Of a DNA stretch of 64,000 nt, positions 13,373 to 27,200 are shown piece by piece; the stretch's first letter is position 1; each line of letters opens with the position of its first letter. Where the stretch lies: NCBI GenBank assembly GCA_015680685.1, contig MNCI01001533.1, positions 20,700 through 84,699 on the forward strand. The letters are read 5' to 3'. The stretch comes from Gnetum montanum. Lineage: Eukaryota; Plantae; Gnetophyta. The translations under genes were made by a program, and so were the position numbers. Below the pieces are notes generated by a model. It had not been told where the DNA came from, searched no databases, and saw only the letters and a program-made list of their open reading frames with translations.

Positions 13373-14864
13373 TGAAACACCTCCAAAATTCATGTTGCAA
13401 CCTTCATTTCCAAACTTGAGGAAAGGATTCCTTCTAAATGTGAGATATGTAGCCCATGAGCTACAAACTTGCATGCTTCAACTTTTTGGGGCCAAAAAAT
13501 GCATTAAAAGTTATTCTTGCCTTACTTCCCAAGTAGAAAAAGGTACCACATGTTCATATTTGGGCTTGGAAAGGCCAAAACCACCTTTGAAATGGCTAAA
13601 ATTAGCATATCCATGGTTTTTTGTAGGGGTATAGCCCCAACTACAATAGAGCCATCAACTTCAACTAGTGCTACAATAGACACAATGCTATAGTAGACAT
13701 GGTGCTATAGTACATGGGAAGTTCTATTTCATTCCAAGATATGGTAGTGGCCAACATAGTTACCACCAAGACCCAGTAGAAGTGCAATGTTGGAACTATT
13801 AGGATTTCAATTATTTCCAATAGTGGCCACCATAGTCATTCCAAGTTGTTAGCAAGTTTTCAATGAATGGATGTAACAACGTAGTTATAGCTCCAGCATA
13901 GTTACATCTTTAGTGTAGTTACAACTTCAACATAGTTGTAGCTCCAACATAGTTATAGCTTCAGTGTAGTAAGAATGATGTCAGTGTAGTCCAAAAGTTT
14001 GTTTACTATTTATAATAAATGAATGGATTTTGTGGTTGTAGTCCATACCAGACTTACTATAAATGGTAACTACATTAAGATTTAATATCTGTTGCACCTG
14101 GAAATTGATGTCAATCTATCAACAATCATGTCAGTAGTGCACAAACCCAAAAATAGCCACATAAACCCTATATATACCAAACGTAAACACCGTATTTTGG
14201 CTCCAAGAATTTGGAATTTACAACCATTTACATCACTTTTAAGCTTTCACACACAATAGCAACTTTTGGCATTTTCACTATCAACTAAACCCATTGCAAC
14301 CTTGCAATACTTTTTGGTAGCAAAAAATAGTACTATGTTGGGTACAGAGACTCCCATGTAGTGGCCATTGCACCAAAAAATAAAAATTCATTTTTGTGAC
14401 CATGTTGCAAACCCTCGTAAAAACCAATAGGAAGTTGCTAGAAACTAGAGCTTGGAAGAAACTAGATTGTGGAGTTACCATAGAACATACCTTGCCTTCT
14501 ACAATAGACTTCAAGCTCCTGCAAGTAACTTCTAGTGCTCTTAGCACAAAATCTGTACTTCATGAACTTTATGCTTTTTTATTTAAATAAAGTTACTATT
14601 CATGTTGTGCAAGTTTTATTTCACATTTTCATTTTTTCATTTTTTTTTATTTTGAATTTGCAACTTTTACTTCATTTTTGTTTCCATTTTCAAAGCCATT
14701 TACATTTCCATTTACACTTACATAAGTCCTTGGGTTATTAGCTAGACCATCTAGGGTGCCTTCAATCCTATTTTTGGAGGCCCTTTAGGATTCAAGGTTA
14801 AAACTATTCTGGCACTCAGATTTTTTGGTTTCTATTCTAGTAACCAAAATTTCCAACTCTAATA
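13373..14864 (+). mobile_element. 3' LTR of a second Tat-like element
   Basis: TGAAACACC start after the PPT; diverged homolog of 1425-3154. Confidence 0.75.
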
Positions 14865-17800
14865 CTAATGAGTTTCGATGATCAAAATAAGGTCAAAAGG
14901 CTATCAACTCAAGGCTACAAGATTCTAGACTTTATCGGAGTAGGTTCTTGGTTTCTAGAGATGTCAAAATACTATCAAAATTGGTAAGGCATCTTACCCA
15001 TGCTAGAGCCATGTTTCCCAGTGTGGCTCACATCGTCCCTAGTGTGGATACCTTAAGATGTCAACTTTTGGTAGGTTTTTATAGCAAATTAACCCTACAT
15101 GTTAGCTTCGAAGGTTACCAGTATTGATAGCTAAGGTTTGGAATCAAAAATGATAATTTTGAAGGTCTTTTGATGGTTCTTGAGGTCATCCCCATCCAGA
15201 GCAACACTGGGTCATGTTGGCCAGCATGGCCCCAACATGGGTAAAAGGGGGGTAGTGTCTTTTTACCATTCTTGATTGGTTTTCTTGGGTCTTATGGCCT
15301 TTGGAGGTGCTAGCAACATCCTAGGATTAGTGTGATGCAACTTGGAGTTGTTTTAGTGCCTCCATGACACTTGCATGGGCTTCTCCTAAGGCATATAAGC
15401 TAGACCCATGCTAGCCAACATGGGTGAGCGAGTTTCCTAGCATGGGGATTACCATGGTCATAGAATTTGGTTAATTTTAACAAGTTTTTGATTGTTGGAG
15501 ACTCTAAGAAAGTTGGAAGATTGAAACATGTTAATTTTGGGGTTAATTTTGGAACTTTTATGGTCATCCCCATCCATGCCAGGAAAACACTACCCTATAG
15601 CTTCACTAGGATTCATGGTTTTGCCCATTTCTAGTCAAATTTGATAACGTTTTGAAGCTACAAGGGTTGCATAAGTCATCGACTAAGATTTATCATCAAA
15701 ATTGACTAATTTGAAGGCTTTTAGCTATTTTCTATAGTCATCCCCCCTTATCCATGTTTTGCAGCTTGGCCCCATAATGGATAGAAGGGGGATGATATAT
15801 TTTTGCTATTTTTAACCTATTTTATGAGTTTAATAACTTTGGAAGGTTGTAATAGGGTTTTGAGCTCACCAGGACAAGTTTCAGGGCTATTTTTGGTCAT
15901 AAATGAGGCTTTATGGCTTACTCCCATAGCACCCATATTGGACCCACATTGGCTAGCATGGATGGAGGGTCCCCCATTGTGGTCAAGATTCTTGATATAA
16001 ATTTCAACTAATATTTTAACAACTATTGACTACTAGAGATCAGGAAGAGGTGTTAAGGCTATTAGTGTAGGTTTTAAGGTCATTTTGGACTATGGGAAGG
16101 TTTGTGTGGGTTACCCCCCAGGGCATCCATGTTGGGACCACACTAGCTAACATGGGTGGAGGGTTTCCCAACATGGAAAAGGTATGGGGCTTGTAGTTCA
16201 ACTTATTTTTTATTACGTTTTGGCTACTAGGGGCTAAAAGGGATTTCAAAGTCAATATATGGTAACTAGTGATCAATTTTAATAGTTTTGAGGTTATACC
16301 CCACCCATCCATGCTAGAACCATGCTAGCTAGCATGGATGGAGTTCTCCTTAGCATTGCTCTACTAATCTCAAGGCCCAAAGCACTTTCAACTAGGTTTG
16401 ATAGAGGTTTGGAGCTATCGAGGATGGCTAGCAAGGTTTTAGGCTATGTGGGCCCACTTTGGGATCGAATCAAGGCTTGGTGGACACTAGAGAGTGTTTG
16501 TGGGTGTTATACCCCTTGGGAAATGTTTGGTGGGGCCCACCCCAAATATCAAATTTTTGAGTCTTGGTGGTAACTCCACCATCCTAGAGTTGGTTAGACT
16601 TCCCCCCCTCCTTTGGAACTTCTAGTGCACCATGAGTTTTAATGCATGGATTTGGCAATGGAGGTGTGAAGGGGGATGCTTAGGTTTAGATCAGGTTTTA
16701 ATGTCTAATTTTCCAGAAAAAATAAAATACACCACTCATTCATTTCTCATAGTGGTTTGATCAAAGCTCCTAGTAGAGATTAGTACCTTCAAACATCATC
16801 AACCCTTATCATGGTTGCTTCAGGAGCCCCTTTAGATAGCATTGGAATTTAGATCTACCAAATTTTATAGGTTTTATCAGTGTTGATAGTAAACACCATG
16901 AAGAAGATGGGGAGCAACAACAAAAATATGATTTTGAAGGATGCAAATGGAATTTCCAATGGCATCTCTTACCTCCCATGACCCATGATAGGGCAAGGTT
17001 CAACTATCGTCACCCTAAGGTAGGCCATTTCTAGCCATTTTCATATCTTTCTACTTGTTTTCTATAATTTTCCTAATCTAGTATGAAGCCATTTTTTCAA
17101 ATCTAGGATATCGTATTTAATAAAATCAAATTTTGGCAAAATCCCACTTCATTATTTGATGGTTTCTATACATTTTTAGTGTTGCTTCATTATTTAGGTT
17201 TTGATTTATTAGGTTTTTATGTTTGGCAAAAATAAAAAAAACCAACACTACTTTCGATTCTTTTATTAAGAAAAAAACAATGAATTATCAAATTCTAAGG
17301 TTTTTGATTTTTATTAATAGGTTTTATTTTTCTAATTTCTATGGTTTGGTTCAATTTGGAGTTGTGGTTAATTCTTAATGAATTTTTCAATCAAGTCATA
17401 TAGTTGTGTTTTTATGTCATTTTCAATTTTTCATAAAAGTTCATGAATTGTTTTTGAACACATAGTAGGGGGTTTCCTTGTTTTCTAGTTATGGAAACAT
17501 AGGTATTGATTTAATATTTATAACTATCTTTGAATCATTGTATTTGGTTAGGAAAAAAAATTTTAGTGAATTTTTTACTAAACTCCTGTAGAAAGGGGTT
17601 TTGCCATGATTGCTTGGTTCATGTTAACTTGGCTATGTTTTCTAGGAAAATGGTAGTGAATTTTTAAGTTTTCTAGTTATGGATACTTAGTTCATGGTTT
17701 AAGGACTCCAACAATGATGGAATCACTATATTTAGAGTTCTAGTTAATTTTTAATGATTTTTCTCATACAATCAGGTGAACTGGTGTATCTAGGCTATAG

Positions 17801-20800
17801 TAGTTTTACCCCTTGGAGATGGGTAGCATTGGCACACTGAATGATTTTTCTTGTTAACTTCCCATGCCCTTGGGGATACTAGGGGATGTTAGAAGGGGTG
17901 TTGACTTTATTTCACAAATTTTAAAATCTTTTTGCTAGTTTTTACTAGTGATTTCTTATGGCTATTTTTCCTAGGCTTAAGCGTTGTTGTATAAGTGTTG
18001 TCTAGACTTGGTTAAAATGTTGTACAAGGTTTTAGTTGTGTTCTAAGTTTTGGTTGATCATGTAAACATTTTTATATTCTATTTGTGATGTTCCAAGGTT
18101 TCTTAGGCCATGATAATGTTGATTTTTAGGGTTTGCAAAGGAGTTTTGATTAACACCCTAGAGTCTTTATGATGGGTAATTTCACCAGTATCTAGGATGT
18201 TTGACAAAATTTCCTAAGAAATTCTAAGTGTTGGTGTAATTTTTATCATACTTGGTTGTGATTGTTGCTTTTAGTTTTGCTAATTTTATTCTATGTGTTA
18301 AAGATATGGTTCTAACGGTTTATTTTGTTTCATCTGCAAGGCTTTCCTTAAGTCCATCTTGATTGTGGTGGAGTTAATGGGGATACTCTATTGTGTTAGT
18401 CTCCTCAAACCCAACACTCCTACCACTATGGTCCTAGAGGTGGGTTCCCTATGGTTTTAGACTGGGACAAGCAAATTCCTTGGTTACCTTCTATATAACT
18501 TTAGTGTGATGATCTAGTCACACTTATCTACATATACTGTTGGGGTCATAGTGGAGATCCTATTATCATGGTCATCCAACATGATTGTAAAATTCATAAC
18601 ACATGACCTTGAGACACATGCAGAAGGGAAGGTGTATGATAGCAGAGGCACCCATGGGACCTACAAGCTATCCCAAATCTAGAGCATGCTAGAGTATTCT
18701 TAGTATAATGTTGATAATACTTTGATGGTGGTGCACCAAGCCCACACATTGGTCCAGAATCCTCCTAGTATAGTGTATCATTTGGCTGGGTAAGTTTGGT
18801 TGTAACTTATTGTCTATTTCTATTTTAATTTTTTATGCCTACCTTCCTTCTATCATTATGAGTTTCTAACATTTCAAATGCTAATCATCTTACTAGTACA
18901 AGGTTAACAAAAAAGGCTTGGTTAGGAATGATCAAACCTTGGAGGTGGCTCAGACTATGATGGGTGTATTTACCTAGGACCCTAAAATCAGAAACATAGT
19001 GGTTGACCAATTGAAGGATGATTTTGATAAATACACTAAAGCCCTTGCCCCAACCTTCAAGAGCAGTGTGGCCACTAAAATGGCCCATAGTTGGTGAGTG
19101 ATCCCAAAATGCCTTTCAATACCAAACACCAATGCCAGGACCACCACACAACCCTTGCCTAGCAAGAAGAAGAGAGGTAACAAAAATATGATTTTCACTA
19201 AGTTGTTCTAATTCTTTTTATGGTTTTATGATTTTAGGATATTTTTGTTCTAAGTGTTCTAATGGTTTTGATTTGTTGCTCTTATTGTATCTTGGTTATA
19301 AATGATGTGCTTATGCTTTACCTAACAAACCATTTTTGGTTATCTTACAAGGGCTTCCACCTCTTCCAGCATCACTTTGACCATTTTAGAATATGCTGAG
19401 AAGACCCTCATCTTGAAATTTAGTGAGGTGGAAGCAATGCAATGTTGGTTGATGGAGAAGTCACGTAGACATGTTCAAGCATGCGTTTCTTATGTAGGCT
19501 TGCTTGATCTTTTCATGGCACCTACCCCAACCATTCCTACCACTAAGATGATGAACATCATTGACTTTTTTGATGAAAGGACCAATAAGTTCTTCACTAA
19601 GGTTCATGATATACCAGTCACCTTATCAATTGACGAGGCTACCTTCTATGATCTCTTTGGTATTTTCATTGATGGGATGAAGGTTGCCACCAAACCAATT
19701 AAGGAGGAAAACCATAGCGAGGAGGTAGAGACATGGTCTGGTGCTCATTGTGGCCATTCTGGGTTGGTGTTGGATAATTTCCAAATACCATAAGTAAAAA
19801 AGCCTTATCCTTTGTTTCAATCCCATGCCTTCCCTAAGTTGTTGTCACAAAAGAAGATGATTGACATTGCCCAGGTGTGGCCCATGATGAAGGTCCTAGG
19901 AGAAGGTGCTCTATTTGACGAGGCTACTCACTTGGCTACTAGGTTACATGAGAAAATCCTCAAACTTTGTGAGGATCTCTCTAAAATATGCCACACACAC
20001 TTTTATTTTTCACGGCATACTTGAAGAGATTCATAAAGTTCTTACTGGTGAGGAGGGATGGATGATGGATGTACCAAGACTCAACTCTCTAGGCCTTGGA
20101 TAAAGCACATTTATCCAATCATGTAGGCCTAGAACCCACCAAAATATGTTGGGGAATCATTTTCTCTAACCGCTAAGGGAGTTAGTGGTAGGCGATATGT
20201 TTCCCTTGACAACATGTGGGTTGAGCCTTACATTGACCATGCTAACATTGGAAGGACTAGAGAGTTGTGCACTAAAGCTAACAAGATAGCTAAAGCTAAG
20301 CTAAAATGGCCCATGGAGGAAGTAGCACTAGCAACAAAGCAACCTTTCAAGAGAATGTTCACACTAAAGCTTAATAGGACTCATCATGTGGTCATAGTTA
20401 CATTGTCAACTCTTGGCTATGTTTTGGTTTTTTCTATGTTTTGAGTTTTCAAGGTTATAAGGTTGTCATTTTGGCAAGTTCTAATATTTTTTATTTACAA
20501 TTTTTACAAACAAGCAGCAAGACTTGGTTACCCAAGTCACAATAGTAGCACAGGAGAAGAGGCATGTGGAGGAGGCTCTCCTATAGTAACATGAGGAGGA
20601 GGGGTTGGCCAACATGGTGTTGGATGACCTAGATTACTTGTTTAATAAACCATTACCAAGGGAAACCCCCCATCATCATCCCAAAGAAGGAGGATCTAGG
20701 TATACATACGCCTCAATGCTACTCATTATAGTTTATGATTTTATGTTTAGTTTTTTTTTCTAATCGTTTGATGATTGTTATGCTTGTTATAGTTTCTAAG

Positions 20801-23155
20801 ATGTCGGTAGAAGCCTCTACCCCTACATTTCGCATGAAACCATGGCTAGAGGTCCTAGACAAGATGGAGTTCATGTGCAGAGTGGCCAAGGACATCATCA
20901 ATCAATTGCAACAAGTTGCCTCCAAAATTGGTAAGAACTTTGTTTTATTTTTCCATATTTGATTTATTTTGGTTTTTAGAGGTATATTTCGTTATTTATG
21001 TTGTATGGTATACTTATGATTATATCTTTTAATTATATTGTTTACAATTCCTTCAGTTACATGGGACCCCAGCTATGACATGGAGATTGACTCCTTGTCA
21101 AAGCTCCCTTCAGAGGTTGAGAATGTACCAGGGAAGTTATATGAAACTGCCACTAATCTTGTAGTTTCATGTGCAAAAACTTCATGGGAATTCTAAAGGT
21201 CCAATGAATCCTTATAGAAGAAAGTTATGGTCTTGAAGGAGGAGAACAAACTACAAGCCTAGATAATTAGTAATCTTTAAGATTGTAAGGTTTTTATCAA
21301 AGCCCACGTGGCTAGTACAAAAAATGTACAAACCAAGGAGATCATGTGGACCTGCTACTTGAACACCACCCATAACAAGGTTTCCCTTGCCATGGAGATG
21401 GTGGAGTAGTAGTTACAGATGGACCTCATCACCCATAAAGCCAAGGATTGGAAAGATTATTGTGCTTGGATCCTAGAGTGGGGCCAAGCATAAAAAGATC
21501 ATAAGAGAAAGTAGAAGGTTGATCAATAAGCATATCTTAAGTTTCTTAAGGAGGAGGCTACTGAAAGGCATAAGATGGAGCCACTCATAAGGGGGATTCA
21601 AGCCTAGAGTACCTAAAATCTCTTTGAAAGCACTCTCATGGTAGCTGCATCTCCTAATCCTCAAGTTTCTATAACTGAGAACCACCCACATTTATGGATG
21701 TTGATGAGAGCAACATCCTCACTAGAATTAATCTTGGGGATGTGGATTGGGCAAACATGACAAAGGACCAAATCCTTCATCTCTTCAAGATTGGTCTTCA
21801 ACATATTTCCCTAGATTTTATTTTGCCAAATTCCCTGTAGGCTTGATTGTTTTTGTTATTATTTGATTTTGTTTTGTTGTTTTAGTTTTTCTTAAGTTGT
21901 TAACTTGTTGTTGATTATTGATTGGTTTTATGTTGTTATGTTTTAGGCACCAAGCGATATTGGTGGCCCTAGCAATGAGGGTGGGGATGACCCACCACTT
22001 CCCCCTCTCAATGCCCATTAGCATCACTAGTTGCCTACTTTTAGTTTTTCTTATTGATGATCACATGATGTTTACTTTGATGTTGATGTTGATGGCTAAT
22101 ATTAGCTAATGTTTTGGGTATGGATGGTTTATGTCTTATTGTTTATTATTCAAAAATTTTACCACATAGTGTGGCTATGGCTACTTATGTTGCAAACATT
22201 TTTAAGTGTTAAGTTTAATTTTTTCTTTTGGCTACATAATTTTTAACATTATGGTTTTATTCATGTTATGGTCACATGGTTTTATATTATGGATGTTGTT
22301 CACAGTAGCGTTGGCTATCTCGATTATAACGTTATATTATGCTCAAAAGGCTAAGATGACTAGATGATAAGGTTGTAAATGGAAATAAGTTAAAAGGCTA
22401 CTTGCCAATTTTAGGCCATGGTGGGCCCACGTCATTTGCAAAAGGATTTGCTAGTTTTAGGCCATGGCAGGCCAAAGCACGTTGTCATTGAAAGGAAACA
22501 TATGTTTTTATGTTTAAAATTTTTTATGGATTTTTTGGTTTTATAGTTTTTATGAGGTTTTTTGTGTTTATATCATGCTTAAAGAGGAAAAAGAAATGAA
22601 AGGCTTTAATAAATAAAATAAGAGCAAAGGTAAAATTGTGGGCTACATGCAAAAGAAAGTTTAAAATAAAGTGAACAAAATGGCATAAATAAGAAAAACG
22701 TAAACTAGGCTAACATGTTATGAGTACATATGTTTACATGGCTATGAGTGCATCAAGTACGAGGGTCAGGGATGTATGTCACTTGTGCAAATGCTTTCTA
22801 ATCTTTGAGAGATTAGGAAATGTGTATGGCCTATTTTGCACAAGTTTGTATTCCCTATCCCCTTCATTGACAATGTTAAAGGGGATCTTTCCACATAACT
22901 TACTCCTTGGTCCATCATTATTATTTTTAGCCTTCTCTGCTCTCTTAAGTTGCTTGGCTTTGTGACTAGGAGTTTCTTCTTGAAACTCCACTTTTAACCC
23001 CTACTCTACATCTACATTATTAACCATTAAGAAAAGTACATTATCACCATGGATGATAATTTCACCTCCCTCATAAAGTGGGTGAATTTCTTGGTGGATA
23101 GGTGAAGATATAACTCATAGTCAAGCTAACCAATGCCTTTCCCTAAAATAAGGTT
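14865..23155 (-). mobile_element. Internal region of a third, inverted Tat-like family member (protease end + cargo)
   Basis: ORF 22779-22991(-) ...YKLVQNRPYTFPNLSKIRKHLHK matches the end of ORF 5858-6196. The downstream non-coding sequence is an inverted homolog of 6200-8600. Interrupted at 23156 by another LTR. Confidence 0.8.
16871..22030 (+). pseudogene. Multi-exon transposon accessory gene, antisense to gag (plant-mobile-domain/Transposase_32-like core + coiled coil), decayed
   Basis: Purine-rich coding-like blocks alternate with T-rich intron-like blocks. Donors aag|gtaggc (17020), gg|gtaagt (18790), gag|gtaaca (19177), ttg|gtaaga (20931); ctaac/ctaat branch sites precede acceptors. 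ORF 19377-19793 FFDERTNKFF..VTLSIDEATFYDLFGIFIDG resembles PMD-like motifs (by eye only). Confidence 0.6.
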
Positions 23156-24080
23156 TGATGAGTAGCATTCAGTTGGCTACATCGACAAGGCCTCATCAAC
23201 ATGGCCTCATCTATTAAGCCTCATCAATGAGGCCTAGTCAATACATCTTACCATGCATCGATGAGGCCTTGTCAACGTAGTGTTATTTTTCGACTATAAA
23301 TATATACATGTAGCTACATTTATGGCAATTAGAGATTGTAGTTGTAGCAAAGCTCTTGCAATTTTTCCATTTAAGAGTTATAATTTTTCCCTAAGTGCCC
23401 GAAGCAAGAGTCATTGAGTGTATGGATCTTTATTCAAGCATTGTTGTACCTAAGCATGACAATATGTGCAGCAATAAAGATGAGCTTTCTGATAAACCTT
23501 GTACCACTTTGGATAGATTAGTTATTTCAATTATGCATTCAATGTTTTTAATTATTTATTAAATGTTTTCCACTAGTTATTAAATATTTTCTAGTTATTA
23601 CATTAATGAAGTAATTAAGCCATATAGATTACATACATATTCGAGGGTAACACATGTTTGCTTGGTAATCCCAGCAGCGTTATTGCTTAGTACACCTAGT
23701 ATCATAGCGCTTGGTCATCTAGCAGTGAATACATGGGTTTAGGATGTGTACAGAAAGTGGGATTAGATGCTTATGTTAGGATTAGTTAAATTCTAGTTAA
23801 TTAATTAATTAATTTTAGTTAATTAAATTTATTTTATCCACATCTTGAGCACCAAACTATAAAACACAAAATGATAAGAATTGGATGCCTTAGTTACACT
23901 TAATCATACCAACGAATGTCACAAGGGTAATTGGGAAGACAACGATTGACCTTAAGGTTAGATTCACTTCCTAAAGGACTAGTGCACCAAAAATGATCAA
24001 GTCCACGAAATTCAACTCGGTCACACATAAACACTTTATGATTCATATGGTTGGACATAGGGGTAACTCGTCACTCATCA
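23156..24080 (+). mobile_element. 5' LTR of an Athila-like Gypsy element
   Basis: Perfect 8-bp terminal inverted repeat TGATGAGT...ACTCATCA, internal gcctcatc.atgaggc palindromes, tataaata near 23295, followed by a PBS. Confidence 0.85.
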
Positions 24081-24081
24081 T

Positions 24082-24100
24082 TGGTGTCGTTGCTAGGGAC
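24082..24100 (+). promoter_or_regulatory. Primer binding site, Athila-type
   Basis: tggtgtcgttgctagggac is a C-to-T decayed TGGCGCCGTTGCCGGGGA, 1 bp after the LTR end. Confidence 0.8.
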
Positions 24101-24235
24101 TTTGTTTGTGGAACATGTGTTATTTAGGTTTAAGTAAATACCATTAATATCATTGTACAAACCTCAAGGTCAATATCATTCCCACTATACATAGAATTAT
24201 AAAAGCACACTAATAATTTTATTTTGTTTTACAAA

Positions 24236-27200
24236 ATGTCTTCTTCTTCTCACAAGCATGAAGATACCAAACCACTAATCCCACAAGAGTCCAAGGTGAT
24301 ATATACTCATCCAAATGAGTTTGTGCCAAACTTCACCTTCATCCTACATCAGGATGAATAACTGTGATGATGTGATATGGAGGGCAACATCGTCTTACCC
24401 CCTAATAGATCTATGTCTGGGATGTTGTTTAAAACCATCAAGAAGCTAGGCATAGTAGATATTCACAAAGAATATGTTGTGGATGGATATGAGACTTGAA
24501 ACTATTGTCCTAATGAAACACAACATAAATGAGATCAATATTAGGAGAAACTCCATGAAGCTACAAAGGGGAAACATTATACCAATTTCTTGTTCCTAAT
24601 AAATCAAGATGATACTGAGGATCCTCCTACTAAAAGGTTCTCAACACGAAGATTCTCCAACCCCTGATACTAGTGACGAGGATGTGAACCTGAACGTGTG
24701 ATCCACTATTCATAAATTAGGTTCAAGAAAAAGTAACAGTTAAGGTAGGAACTCGAGCAAGCACCACAATACAAGGGATATAAATATGGTGATCATAATA
24801 AGCATAAGAGTGGTGGAAAACACTATGGTGGTAGTGGTAGTCCATCTTGCTCTTCATCCTCTTCATCCAATTCTAAACATTTCTCTTCATTTGATGGTTC
24901 TCATGGAAGCCATCATTGAAATAATCATGATGAAGGTGATTAGCGAGAAAAAAATGACCATGAAGGCCATCAAAATCAAAGGGGTAGCCAAAACCATCAT
25001 CAACATCATCGACATAGTGATGATGATGAACCTCTATTGGCATCTCAAAGTATGCTCAACATTGTGGAGGCAATTAAAATTCCAACCATGCATATGAAGG
25101 ATAGTCAGATCAAGTGCCTAGACATGAACAATATCCCAAGATTTGAGGAAGGATACAACTCTAATCCACAAATGCATTTACAAGCTTTTTGAGATGCATA
25201 TGCCTTACAAAACATAGAAAATGAATGGCAAAAACTCAAACTATTTCCCAAGACACTTATCAGGGAAGCCAAAAGTTGGTGCTAGTCTTTGGAACTAGAA
25301 TCTATTTGTTGATGGAGTACCATGTTAGAGTTGTTCAAGCACAAATACCAAACATACTCCAGAGTGTCTAATCTAAGAAGGCAAATCCATGATTGGAAAC
25401 AAGGCACACATGAACCCTTGGATGCCACCATGGGTTGATACTATTCACTCTTACACCAATATCCTAGCCATGGTTATTCTTAGAGGGAACAACTTCGCTA
25501 CATCATAGATGGGCTCAGAGTAGAAACAAGAAGAACCCTTGGGGTGTATGCCCAAGGAAGATTTTCTAAACTAAGAGCTCATTAGATCCAAAGGCTAATT
25601 AAGCAAGTAGCAAAAGAAGAAGGTGAGCTACGAAAAAGGGAAAGTGCTGAAGAGTATAACAAGGATCCATCCATCAAAAAACAAGAGGTCCAATTTTGTG
25701 ATGAGGAGGAATCACCACTTGATGAAGTGGTGAATAGAAAGGCCTTGCCCATCCAAAAATCTATTTTTGATATTTCAACCAAGGTTGACAAATTATGGGA
25801 CTCTTTGAATGAAAAATTTCAAATCACTTTGAAGATCACTGAAGAATCCAATGAACAAAATAGTGATCATAATCAGAGGAGGTAAAAAGAAGTTGAACAT
25901 GCCTACCAAAGAGGTAAGGGCAAGGCTGCTATAGTAGAGGAAGTTATGGAGTCTAACTCTAATGATGAAACTAAATGTAACATCTATCAATACGACATCC
26001 AAAGGGATGTTGCCCTATGGTGTCACACATACAAGATTTTGGAGTATATACATTGAATCCTTGCCTAGCATGTAGGCAAGCTCCAAGACGATTACCTTAT
26101 CCTCAAGGAAATCCAAGGTAGTTCCACCAATAGCAACAAGCTTACTACCCAAGTGAAACTCCTCCACAACCTTATGAACAATACCAACAGTGGCACCAAT
26201 CACAATTGTGGGGAATGCCACCACCAAGGCAACAGTACCCTTATAGGAAACTAGATCCATACAAGTACTATGTTTAGTAGCATGCCTTCTCTAGAAGTTC
26301 TACAAGTCATACATCATTCTAGCATCACTATTACCCTCCAAAGTACAATTGAACACATTCATCATATACTCAAGGCAAAAACCCATATCCATATCCATAT
26401 CATCCTCCACATTCCTCTGCACATACACCTCCACTTTTAACCCAATTACCTCCTATGTCATCCATGTAGGGTGAGATTCCTCCACATCTACAACAATAAA
26501 ATGCTAGAAGGGTTGTACACTCACAACCAGCTTTTCAACCAAGTGGTCTGAATAATCAATCTAGAAAAATACCCCTCTTCTGACCTAGAAGTCCTCTCTA
26601 GCCCTCACAACCTAGTCCAACTAATCGCCCTACATCTCCCGCATCCATCCTCTACATCAAACACCTTCGAGTGCCCTTCAAACCAGGTGCCACCTAAAAT
26701 ATGCACTATAATGTTAACTCATGCTATTTTTGATTGGATTAAGGCTAGCAATCTTCCTACAAAAAGATCTAATCTAGGAAGCCCACTCATCTATCTACAG
26801 ATTGTTGGACATGAGCCATGTAAAGATCTTCTTGACTCTAGTTCTAGAGTTAATCTCATCTCCCATGACATGTACAAGGCATGGAACCTACCACCTCTCA
26901 AGAAGAGCAACATTCATCTAGAATTAGCATATCAGTTGATTATTGTCCCTCCAAGATTAGTAGAGGACATTGTAACCATATTTTGTGGATGATCCTATCC
27001 TACTGATTTTCTAGTGATCAAAGTAGACAACTACAAAAGTGAATTTCCCATCATTATGGTAACGGCTTGGTTAAGCACAGTTGATGTAAGAATGGGCATA
27101 AGGAACCTATCGTTAGAAATATCCAAGAAAAATGAACTAGGAAAGATTGAGAAGAAGCATATTCCATGCATCACATACAACAATAATGAGTGCAATTGCA

